Shown piece after piece: positions 32,556 to 44,014 of a stretch of DNA of 64,000 bases. Origin of the DNA: Macrostomum lignano (lineage: Eukaryota); NCBI GenBank assembly GCA_002269645.1, contig NIVC01000684.1, forward strand, positions 62,001 through 126,000. The letters are read 5' to 3'. The position numbers and the translations under genes are program-made. The notes below the pieces were generated by a model that was not told the origin of the DNA, did no database searches, and worked only from the letters and a program-made list of their open reading frames with translations. Every line of letters begins with the position of its first letter. The first letter of the stretch is position 1.

Positions 32556-34562
32556 TCAAATCGGAGCGCTACTCTTGTACAGTTGACGAATTTTCGGCAG
32601 GCAGGGAACGGCGAGCATAACCAGGAGAATCAGCACGATAAGAGTCACTGCAGCCGAGCGCCACGCAACGCTGACACCTCCTGACTGCGGGCAGCTGTCC
32701 GGGTTACATTCATAGTCAGTCGAATCTCTACGATGCAACGCTGGCAGAGGCATTGTGCAGATGTAGCGATGCGTTGAGTTGCAATTCTCGGCTAGGAATC
32801 GAACCCCGGCGGATCGATAGATGACGCAGTTGCACGAGCTTGCTGTCGGGCTTGCTAGTCTCATTTGACAGTTTTCGATTAGTTCCACCTTGCTGAATGT
32901 TTGAATTGCAGTTGTGAAATTTTACCAAAAACTCATGAAGGCAAACCGTAACAGGTTCTAATAAACCTTGAAGTAGTATTGAAAAAAGTCTATACATCTC
33001 GGTAGAGACAACACAACAGAATCCAGCGTAACCATTCAATAAGAATTTGCCAATTCGTCTTTTAATGCACGCAAACTTACTGAGGCGTTTTGTAGCCGTT
33101 GGAGTAGCTGAAATTATGAGTCGAAGATTTGCTACCCGCCGTGATGGTTGATCCTTCACCGGCTCGCACGATGCCCACCCAGTAAGTCAGGTTTAGCTTC
33201 GATTCGTTTCCCTTTATAGACAGCAAATTCTCAATGGACTCGGCAATGTGGTCGCTTGTGTAGACGCCCTGGCTGAGACTGCCGCCGCCAAGGCGAGCGC
33301 AAGCGACGTCGCCTTGAGCCTTGTTAACTTGAGCCACGTCCGGCAGAAACGGCAGGCCGTAGCAACTGATGCCGGTGTCGAACCAGCCGTTAGGGCACCT
33401 GATTGTGCGCATGGGGCAGTGCAAGGGTAGTCTGTGAGATATCTGTGATAAAGCCTCGTGTAACATTCTGTACTGCAGAGCAAGTCCTAGCAAAGTTCTC
33501 TTCATGCTAACAGGTCTAAAATATGTCAAAAAGACGAATACAATCCTGAAAGTTCCTCCTACATGTACTTGGTCCAGTTACACGTAGAAATTTCAGAAGT
33601 GTGAAAATTATTTATCATGAATTGTGATTCGTCATGATCTGACCGTTTTTTATGCTTAATAAGGTTAACTTCTTGGACCTAAAACAATAACATGCATTTA
33701 TTTCGTTAAGTTTTAAGATTAACAGTCGAAACCAATAAAAATTATCAGGCTTCAATTCTTACGTATTTTTTTGCCGTTTCCGGTGTCAGGCTGATCAACT
33801 TTCGAGACCTCGGCAGGGTCTTTCTCGAAACTGCCGTAAGTTCTATGGTAATTTCAATCGATTTCTTCTTGGCGCCATTCACCCGACGCCATTCAAATGT
33901 ATGCGAGCCTCTTAAGCAAGCCATAAGTGCGGCTTCTTCATCTTAGGTCTGTTATAAGGTCCGATGTAATTAACTTTCTAGAAATTCCCCCCTTGCCTTT
34001 TAAACACTGATTCCCAGCAGCGTCTAACTAACAGACAAATATAACTCTATAAAAATTACCGGTCAAACGGTTCAGCCCTCAGCACAAGTCCAGTAGAATG
34101 CGCCTCTGGCAGTTTCATTGTAGCGAAGACCACGCTGAAGTTGTTCCCATCGGTGACGAACTGGTAGCTGTCCAGCTGCGGCGTGTGCAGCGTCAACGAT
34201 GGCTCCACGCTGGCCGACTGAGGCGGATTCGGGTCGATGGAGTTGAAGAACTTCGCCGATGCTGAGTAGGCTCTCATGCTGGCGTTGACGACAGAAACTA
34301 GCCAACGATGAGATCTGGCAGAGCCAACGGAACTGCTCCGGTACTGAACTCGCATCTCGCAGTTCTGGTTCGGGTGCAGGTAGGTATAAATTGGGTGCTT
34401 CAATTCTAGCTGGATTGTTCCACTGGCAACGATGGTCTGCGGGCCCGTCCGCTCCCGGCATCTGTAGCTCTGTACTTGAGCTTGAGCCGGCCTGTCGCAG
34501 AAAGTGCAAACAGTAACGGCAGATAGAATAAAGGAGACTTGAAATGCTTTCCAGTTTGCCAT
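32556..34562 (-). CDS. Surface protein B, tandem paralog of A; join(34562..34060,33398..33081,32892..32556), 385 aa
   Basis: Same exon structure and phases (2,2). Shared blocks YLHPNQ.C, RWLVSVVNAS..AYSA.A.F.NS, S.V.PSLT..TP.LDS.QFVT.G, GWFDTGISCYG.PF, CVIY, HRYIC.MPL. C-terminal hydrophobic stretch AVTLIVLILLVMLAVPCL followed by basic residues. Confidence 0.85.
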
Positions 34563-35169
34563 TAAACTGGCATAGTCATGTGATTTGACCAAGAGCATTT
34601 TGTTTGTCAAGCGTCAAAGATATTGCAAGGCACAGTTGGGGGTTTTATTTATATTACACTTGCGCAGATATCATGCCAGTTGGAAATGCAGCTTATTTCT
34701 TAGAAAATTCCTGCGAAAATTGGCACGCGAAGTCATACATGTACATAGCGCAGCACGACTGTAAGCGTGTGATCGAATGCATGCTATGCGTTGTGCAAAA
34801 TTATTGCAGCTCCCAGAAATAGGAGCATAATACGCGTAACATATAATAGAAAATAATCGATTTGGCATTTCAATTTATTAAAAATATTGGTTGGTCTTGC
34901 ACTTATCATCAATGTAAGGACATAAATCAACGTTATTTCTCAAAGGGTACTCTCACCCCCTACAGGCAAAATGAACAGACATCGATCAAAATTGATCACA
35001 TTATCGAAAATCTGAAAGCAAAAGACAGTAACCGAATTCTTTTTACCATAGACACTAAACTGAATTATGCACTCACTTATCGGGTCTGTATTTGTTCATT
35101 TAAGGCTATGTTTAAAGACGATGAGGGTTGTTTTTTTCTTAAAGACAGGGGCTGTGCGCATTATGGCAA

Positions 35170-35450
35170 ACTTCAACCGACCGGCGAGAGGCATTGCTGC
35201 CCATTCCGCCGACTCCCCTGATCAGGCATACAAGCGCGCGGATACGTACGCAGTCATACGCACAGGCACACACAGGAGTGTACAGCGGCCCTAACTTTAT
35301 TTATCCTTAGGCATGTACACTTCACTGTGCCTTGGGGGTTTGCGCGATCGAGGCCGTTAATTGCACGAGCAGAGCCAAGCCAAGATTCCAATTTAGCCTC
35401 AAATTAATGCGACTGCACTTGGAATCGAGCCTGGGCCGCTCGGTGGGGTC
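35170..35450 (-). mobile_element. SINE-like copy, closely similar to 3330-3655
   Basis: Near-identical stretches such as CCGGCGAGAGGCATT..GCCCATTCCGCCGACTCCC, CACACAGGAGTG.ACAGCGGCCC, and GGAATCGAGCCTGGGCCGCT. Confidence 0.7.
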
Positions 35451-36781
35451 ATAGAGCGTGTTTGTAGTTTCGCTAAAGAAATAGCTATAATGAATAAGAG
35501 GCTGCTTGAATTTTTCAGCTTTGACAAATATGTAAATGTATTTTGTAATTATTTTACCTTCTACTGAACATATACGAGTACATGTAAGCAACTCATTATT
35601 ATTCCTTTGTCCATTGTCGTGATTCTTTTGAGCAGTCTGAGAGCAGTGTGTTGAGACATGCTTGAGTAGCTCGTAAACTGTGTAATTTTGATGGTAAGCA
35701 GCACCTATAAATAAAATCGAGTTAAAAATGAAAACCGGTATTAAACACCTGGGTTTACCAAGCATGAAAGATTGGCGTTTTATAATTTTTGTATAATCTT
35801 TCAAAACTCTCACGTAGTTGAACAAACAGTAAACAAAATAGTTGCATAAACATTCTTAGGCCCCTGGATTTCAAACTTTTTTTCAGCTTTAACTACTGTA
35901 GCTGCCGTACCTAAAAATTGTTTAAATTATCGATCGAAAATTCGCAGTAAAGCTCTTGCATTATGTAGACATTCATGTTTTTGACTGATGCTCTGTCTGA
36001 TAATGGCCTGCTACAAGCCCTACAACCGTGCGCAATAAGTAGTAGAAGGACGCTCGACGCTAAGACTGGTCAATCGTGCAACGTCCTTTAAGAGGTCGGT
36101 TTTTGCTACAAAGCTAAATGAGAATTTTACCGGATAAAATTAATCATGCCCAGATAAAAAATCCAATTAAAAACTGTTAAAACACGATCAGTTCGGTATA
36201 GTCGCGTAAACAACTTTCTGCTGCAAGCGAATTAAAATGGGGTTGGTTACTGACTAGATTTTGAGTTGCATTAACGAGTCGCGAGCATATTTGCAACAGC
36301 AAAAAAAATAGCTACTGTCTAAAAAGACATTGTACACCAGTAAGTACACCTAATTGCTACGGTATATCACACAGAGATTGTGCCTTTTTTCCAACATCTC
36401 GCTTTCATGCCTTTAATTGGGCTGGAAAGCGCAATTCAAGCACAATTATTCAGCGCGTACGTATGACTGTACGCAGCCAGTAGTTGGGCTTGTGCTGTAA
36501 GGAACGCAATGTACAGTGCTGCCAGCTATAGTTCTCTCTCTATCCTTCTGTCTAATATACAACTCTGTGCTGTAGAGGGTACAGCACGGTAAATAGCTGT
36601 CTCTCTTACACTACCCGTTTCTGACTAACTCCTTGCACTCCAAATGTCAAGCTGTTGGCCATTTTTATCTATTAAAAATCGTCTGCTTAGTTTAATTTCC
36701 AACTTGAACAGTTTTCTAAGAAGTCTAGGAACTCGTGCTGCAACTGTTGAGTTGTCGAACTCTGCGCCTAGTAACAGGGCA

Positions 36782-39700
36782 ATGTCGTCACCAAAAATAG
36801 CGGTAGTCGGAGCCGGTATAATTGGTATTTCGTCGGCGCTACGAATTTTACAAGCTTTCCCCGGCGCAGAGGTGACTATCTTCGCCGAGTCTGTCAGTCC
36901 GGACACTACAAGTGATGTAGCGGCTGGATTCTGGGGACCGTCCTACATTAGCAATACTCCGCATGAGCTTGTAATGTAAATTATTAATTTGCTTGTTTTC
37001 ATAGATGTATATCAGTTGTATTTGTAGACTTTAGAATAGCTTATGCGATTGATGCTAAATATAGATGTACAGTATATCGCTTAGCTGGATAGCACTGTAG
37101 TAACCTACTTATTGATCATGTGTCTAGCCTAGAATTTGTCTCCGGCCACGTTCTCTGTAGGTGTCTGTGGGGTGTCCGTAGAGTGTCAACATGTGTCTCT
37201 GGGATGTCTGTTGGGAGAGTATGTGGGAGAATATGTGGGAGTGTCTGTGGGAGTGTCTGTGGGAGTGTCTGTTGGGAGAGTATGTGGGAGTGTTTGGGTG
37301 TGTCTCGTGGGGAGTGTTTGGGTGTGTCTCGTGGGGAGTGTCTGTGGGAGTGTCTGTGGGAGTGTCTGTTGGGAGAGTATGTGGGAGTGTCTGTTGGGAG
37401 TGTCTGTTGGGAGAGTATGTGGGAGTGTCTCGTGGGGAGTGTCTCGTGGGGAGTGTCTGTGGGAGTGTCTGTGGGAGTGTCTAGTGGGGAGTGTCTGTGG
37501 GAGTGTCTGTTGGGAGAGTATGTGGGAGTGTCTGTGGGAGTGTCTGTGGGAGTGTCTGTGGGAGTATCTGTGGGAGTGTTTGTGGGAGAGTATGTGGGAG
37601 TGTCTGTGAGAGTGTCTCGTGGGGAGTGTCTGTGGGAGTGTCTGTGGGAGTGTCTGTGGGAGTGTCTCGTGGGGAGTGTCTTTGGGAGAGTATGTGGGTG
37701 TCTGAGTGTGTCTCGTGGGGAGTGTCTGTGGGAGTGTCCGGAAGTGTCAGGAAGTGTCTATGGGACACTCCCAGCTGTCTTTGGGAGAGTCTGTATGAGT
37801 GTAGATGCCTATGTCTATGTTAGTGCCTAGAATATTAGCAGTATATTCTAAGTGGACCTCGAAAAAAACATTTTTAGCTCGTGGGGCAAGGAAACTTACG
37901 ATCATTTGGTTGACCTGGCAAAATCGGATCCTCAATCAGGAAAGTGCGGCGTGTTCTTAGCGCCCGGCTTTGAACTATTGAGCGTCGATGATCCAGGGGT
38001 GAGTTTGCGTGACTGTTATTCATCCAGGGATGACTCTGAAGAATATGAAATCCTCTTGAACGAACGCCATGCACCCTCGCCAAACAGACTCGCTACTGGT
38101 CGCACATTCCGTTGGAATTTCGCCGTGCCACACCATCGGAGCTGTCCGTGTTTCCTAGCCGGATTAAGAGCGGAATCTACTTTATATCCGCTGTGGCCGA
38201 AGGCTCCAAATTAATACCGCATTTGACAGACCAGTAAGTAATTCCAGATTTGTGCTCTGATGTTGAAACTAATAATATTAGAACCATTGACATCCTGGCA
38301 GATTCAAGGCACTCGGTGGGAAGCTGGTTGAGAACCACCGAGTGAATTCGTTCTCCGAGCTGCAACAGATGGGCTACAAGCACATCGTTAACTGCACTGG
38401 CCTGGGCGCCATGAAGCTATGCGGCGACAAGACAATGTTTCCTATTAGAGGCCAGGTGCACAGGGTTGCCGCTCCGTGGCTAAAATTCTGGTTCACCAGC
38501 GACGATGGAACCTACTGCTTGATGAAGTGAGCATGGATTGCTGAATAAGGCTAACTTTAGCCCTCACCTCAAGCCCAACACCCCTCCTCTGCAGCCACCT
38601 CAAGCCCAACACGCGCAGCCACCTCACGCCCAACACCCGCAGCCACCTCACGCCCAACACCCGCAGCCACCTCAAGCCCAACACGCGCAGCCACCTCACG
38701 CCCAACACCCGGCAGCCAACTCACACCCAACACCCCTCACTTGCAGCCACCTCACGCCCAACACCCGCAGCCACCTCACGCCCAACACCTCTCCCCTGCA
38801 GCCACCCCACGCCCTTCTCCTGCAGACAACTGACGCCCAACACCCCTCCGCCTCCATGCACCTCATTCCCGCCCACCTGCCTCCACAAAGACTGAAAATT
38901 AATTGCTCAACACTTCAGCACAAACTTCGCCGTTCTTGGTGGTGTAGCCCAAAAAGGCGACTGGAACATGTCGGTGTCGGAGACTGACAAAGCCGGCATT
39001 CTGTCGCGCAACTATGCCATCTGGCCGTCGCTGCGGGCCGCTCCAGTGCTGGCCGATCTGGTCGGACTTCGACCCGGACGGGACAAAGTTCGTCTTGAAC
39101 GCGAAAATATTGGAGATTGCACGGTGGGTCAGACCATTCTGAATCGACTGCGTCACTTAGTTGTCAAAATGTTGGTAATAAATAGGTATTAATAAAAAAT
39201 AAAAGCTATAACAAAAAGCAACAGGGCTAGGTATTTCTCATGCAGTTTTTTCAACGATTTTTTAAATCTAAAGTAGAGTATATAATACCTCTTGGACGTA
39301 GCATCCACCGACGTAAAAGACAGGGGTAAGGGGCACCCACCAAGAGACAGGAGCGCCAAACAAGAGACAGGAGCGCCAAACAAGAGACAGGGGCGCCCAC
39401 CAAGAGACAGGGGCGCCCACCAAGAGACAGGAGCGCCAAACAAGAGACAGGAGCGCCAAACAAGAGACAGGAGCGCCAAACAAGAGACAGGAGCGCCAAA
39501 CAAGAGACAGGAGCGCCAAACAAGAGACAGGAGCGCCAAACAAGAGACAGGGGCGCCCACCAAGAGACCAAGTATCCGGTACCAAAACTCTTTCTAAAAG
39601 AAATAAAAAATCATACAATTTCAATTCATACACAGGGGACAGTAAACCTGAGCAATTGCTTCATTACTGATAGAATCAAACTCAATTATTCCTACTAACA

Positions 39701-39869
39701 GTAGACCAATTCGCAAAGAATCTAAAACGTGAAATAAAATTACCCCCTCGCGCAGGTTTATCACAACTATGGCCACGGTGGCTCCGGCCTGACCCTGTTC
39801 TGGGGCTGCGCAGGCGACATTGTGAAACTGTTGAAGGCCGACCTGCAAACCGCGGCATGCAAGCTGTGA
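36782..39869 (+). CDS. D-amino-acid oxidase / D-aspartate oxidase family FAD enzyme; join(36782..36975,37878..37998,38088..38233,38302..38526,38919..39123,39756..39869), 334 aa, C-terminal CKL (PTS1)
   Basis: [15 protein letters not shown] (FAD-binding GxGxxG), [58 protein letters not shown]. Five GT-AG introns with matching phases (2,0,2,2,0); total length divisible by 3. Confidence 0.93.
37150..37790. repeat. 12-bp-based minisatellite (GGGAGTGTCTGT)n in oxidase intron 1
   Basis: Tandem units visible; source of ORFs 37120-37830. Confidence 0.95.
38565..38860. repeat. C-rich minisatellite (GCAGCCACCTCACGCCCAACACCC)n in oxidase intron 4
   Basis: Units of about 24 bp. Confidence 0.9.
39335..39570. 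repeat. 20-bp minisatellite (CAAGAGACAGGAGCGCCAAA)n in oxidase intron 5
   Basis: About 11 units with two alleles (GAGCGCCAAA / GGGCGCCCAC). Confidence 0.95.
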
Positions 39870-40126
39870 TTTAAGAAATATTAATTAATTTACATTATTA
39901 AATATGTACACAAGAGCAATCAATTACCGGACTGTTCAGTAAAAATTATTTATAGTAGATAATTTATCTATTACTCATTATTCAGCATTACTGTTGACCT
40001 GAGATGTTTAAATCTGAAACTTTCCATTCATAATTATGACTTTTTCTTTGCCAAGAGTTAAGCAAGATTTGCCGGGGTTAGTATGACAATATTCAATATA
40101 ATATTTTGTGGTCGCTTTTTAGGCTC

Positions 40127-41716
40127 GAAACATCACAAGAATAAAATATCACAAATATGAAACATCACAAGAATGAAACATCACAAGAATGAAACATCAC
40201 AAGAATGAAATATCACAAATATGAAACATCACAAGAATGAAACATCCCATGAATTAAACATCACAAGAATGAAATATCACAAGAATGAAATATCACAAGA
40301 ATGAAACATCACAAGAATGAAACATCACAAGGATGAAACATCACAAGAATGAAACATCACAAGAATGAAACATCACAAGAATGAAAAACATCACAAGAAT
40401 GAAACATCACAAGAATGAAACATCACAAGAATGAAACATCACAAGAATGAAACATCACAAGAATGAAATATCACATAAATAAAACATCACAAGAATGAAA
40501 CATCACATAAAGAAACATCACAAGAATGAAACATCACAAGAATGAAACATCACAAGAATGAAACATCACAAGAATGAAACATCACATGAATGAAACATCA
40601 CAAGAATGAAACATCACATAAATAAAACATCACAAGAATGAAACATCACATAAAGAAACATCACATAAATGAAACATCACAAGAATGAAAAACATCACAA
40701 GAATGAAACATCACAAGAATGAAACATCACAAGAATGAAACATCACAAGAATGAAACATCACAAGAATGAAATATCACATAAATAAAACATCACAAGAAT
40801 GAAACATCACATAAAGAAACATCACAAGAATGAAACATCACAAGAATGAAACATCACAAGAATGAAACATCACAAGAATGAAACATCACATGAATGAAAC
40901 ATCACAAGAATGAAACATCACATAAATAAAACATCACAAGAATGAAACATCACATAAAGAAACATCACATAAATGAAACATCACAAGAATGAAACATCAC
41001 AAGAATGAAACATCACATAAATAAAACATCACAAGAATGAAATATCACATAAAGAAACATCACAAGAATGAAACATCACATAAAGAAACATCACATAAAT
41101 GAAACATCACAAGAATGAAACATCACAAGAATGAAATATCACAAGAATGAAACATCACATAAATAAAACGTCAAAAGAATGAAACATCACATAAAGAAAC
41201 ATCACAAGAATGAAACATCACAAGAATGAAACATCACAAGAATGAAATATCACATAAATGAAACATCACAAGAATGAAATATCACATAAAGAAACATCAC
41301 AAGAATGAAACATCACATAAAGAAACATCACAAGAATGAAACATCACAAGAATGAAACATCACAAGAATGAAACATCACATAAATAAAACATCACAAGAA
41401 TGAAACATCACATAAAGAAACATCACAAGAATGAAACATCACAAGAATGAAACATCACAAGAATGAAATATCACATAAATGAAACATCACAAGAATGAAA
41501 CATTCCATGAATGAAACATCACAAGAATGAAATATCACATAAATGAAACATCACAAGAATGAAACATCCCATGAATGAAACATCACAAGAATTAAACATC
41601 ACAAGAATGAAACATTCCATGAATGAAACATCACAAGAATGAAACATCACAAGAATGAAACATCCCATGAATGAAACATCACAAGAATAAAACATCACGA
41701 CTGAAACGTCACAAAA
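40127..41716. repeat. 16-bp satellite (AAGAATGAAACATCAC)n, about 100 copies
   Basis: Tandem units with variant monomers. Confidence 0.97.
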
Positions 41717-41949
41717 TGAAAATAATTTTGAAGCTAGTTTCAACCTACAGTGAGCTACGACTTTTCGAGAGACATAAATATTTTTGGCGTCTATTCGAAA
41801 TTTCCATATTTATGCAGGGAAATTTTATCGCTGAAGGAATTCTATATCGATAAATAGTCAGGGCCGACAGAAGCCTCACGACTTTGCGCTTGGCTAAGCT
41901 GGGGGGGGGGGGTCGGAATCCTCATTAAACAGATCGCTCGGCTGTGACC

Positions 41950-42130
41950 CCTCCGGCAGGAGTGGCGTCTGCTCCGGAATGCATGGACGCCTAGTCTAAA
42001 GACGCTCTCCTTAGAATTCTGGATTGAAACTGACTGTGCGATTCACTCACGTGAGAGCCGGCCCTCAAGGCGCAGAGTGTGTACATGCCTGACGATTAGA
42101 AAGCCTGTGCCGCTGTACACCTTGTGTCAG
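41950..42130 (+). mobile_element. SINE-family core fragment in plus orientation
   Basis: GGCGCAG..GTGTACATGCCT..AAAG..GCCGCTGTACACC is the reverse complement of the core in the minus-strand copies. Confidence 0.5.
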
Positions 42131-42214
42131 CGTGTTAAATTAGAAAACTTCTCTGCATCCCAACTTTTAAAGGTTTGAATATCAAAACTGAAAATTTCTC
42201 TCGTTTAGAAAGTT

Positions 42215-42780
42215 CACTTGGAGTTCACTGAAAGAAGGTTCACTGAAAGTTCGCTGAAAAAAGTTCACTGTTTTGTTGAGAGATCATTGAGAGTTCACCG
42301 AGATTTCACTGAGAGTTCACTGAAAGTTGACAGAGAGTTCACTGAAAGGAGGTTCACTGAAAGTTCGCTAAGAGTTCACTGAAAGTTCACAGAGTTCACT
42401 GAAAGTTCACAGAGTTCACTGAAAGTTCACAGAGTTCACTGAAAGTTCACAGAGTTCACTGAAAGTTCACAGAGTTCACTGAAAGTTCACAGAGTTCACT
42501 GAAAGTTCACAGAGTTCACTGAAAGTTCACAGAGTTCACTGAAAGTTCACAGAGTTCACTGAAAGTTCACAGAGTTCACTAAAAGAAGGTTCACTGAAAT
42601 TTCAATGAAAAAAGTTCACTGATTTGTTAAGAGTTCGTCGAGCGTTCGTTGAGAGTTCAGTGACATTTCACTGAGAGTTCACTGAAAGTTCAGTGAGATT
42701 TCAGTGAAAGTTCACGGAGTTTTCAAGGAGAGTTCACTGAGAGTTTACTGAGAGTTTACTGAAATTTTACTGAAAGTTAA
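42215..42780. repeat. 20-bp minisatellite (GAGTTCACTGAAAGTTCACA)n with degenerate flanks
   Basis: Homogeneous core at about 42375-42580. Confidence 0.93.
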
Positions 42781-43259
42781 ATCGATTGCAGAGGATCTAT
42801 TGCAATATTCAGCTTTACAATAAAACAGAGATGAGCAAAATCGGTTGCAGTAAACTGGAAATTATACCGAATCGGTCCAGAAGCTCGGGGGTTGAAGCCT
42901 CAAGGTGCTAATAAATAACAGCGAAACGAACTGTCCCACGGGAGGGAGATGAGAAATCGACAGCTCCCTCGGGGTAGAGAAAGTGTCGGGAGGAGCGGGT
43001 TGTAAATCATGCGCAGTGGAGAGCAGTCAGGGCCCCGCAGATGGGGTTGCTATTGGCTATCGTTAGCTGTTCGACTAGAAACCCTTCACAGCTCCTTCTT
43101 ATCTCGCTCCAACCAGGATCGGCGCTCAAATAAAGTATATATGAGTCTTTGAAAGAAATGATATATTATTCCGAATCGAGAGTCTGCTGCTTCTTCTGCT
43201 CCGAGCGCAGTGCCCCAAGTCTACAATTCAGAAGATTTTCGCTGAAACTGCAGTAGGAC

Positions 43260-43979
43260 ATGGACAATACAGTTCGGACTAAAGACTCCAGTCAACCGCA
43301 GATTGTCAGCAGGGCTGACGATGGCAGCGCCGCTTCACCGAGCCAGCGAGAGCAGCTGAGCTCAGACAGGTAAAATGATTTTTGTTTTGGAATTTTTCTT
43401 TAATAAGTTGTATCTCTTTTGGCGCCTCTTCATCGCCTTTTGGTGCCTCTTCATCGCCTCCTGATCTTATTTAATGGCGCCTCCTCATCTCCTTTTGGCG
43501 CCTCCTTATCTCTTTTGGCGCCTCCTCATCTCCTACGGCGGCCCCTCAACTCCTCATCCCATCTCTCATCTCGTCTCTCACAAGATGTGCACCACACACC
43601 CCAAAAATGCAGACTCGCATCAGCTGCTAACCGAGGGTCACCAGCCTGCACCCCACTATTCAACGCGGCCGCTGCAAGCTCCGGCCAAACTGGACATCCA
43701 ATAGCGCCTACAGCACAGCAGCAGCCACGAAAGAAGACTTTCACCAACAGTCGAGAGCGTCAGCGACAGCTCAGCGTCAAGGCGGCCTTCGCCGATCTTC
43801 GTCGCCTGCTGCCGACTCATCCGCCGGACAAGAAGGTGAGTAAAAGTGAAATTCTGCGACTAGCGATCCGCTACATCAATCTGCTGGACGGGGTGCTGCT
43901 CTACCTCACTGATCAGCAGGTCGGCGACGCGTCGGCGAGAAGCGACGATTCCACAATGTCTATGGCCGAAACTGACTGA
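43260..43979 (+). CDS. TAL1: TAL/SCL/LYL-family bHLH transcription factor; join(43260..43369,43613..43979), 158 aa
   Basis: [52 protein letters not shown] matches the TAL1 signature [45 protein letters not shown] phase-2 GT-AG intron joins a plausible first exon. The symbol is family-level only. Confidence 0.88.
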
Positions 43980-44014
43980 CCAGAGTTTGGGATATATAAA
44001 TTAGAAAGATTCGC

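Noticed and set aside
37120-37830. Cys/Val/Gly-rich ORFs, and likewise 38538-38987, 39189-39633, 47299-48143, 54127-54746, 55376-55944
   Set aside because: All lie within tandem arrays, mostly in introns of genes whose true exons are accounted for.
43098-43104. GATA site (CTTATCT) upstream of the TAL-like gene, reminiscent of the vertebrate SCL promoter
   Set aside because: A single 7-mer is expected by chance; no conservation data available.
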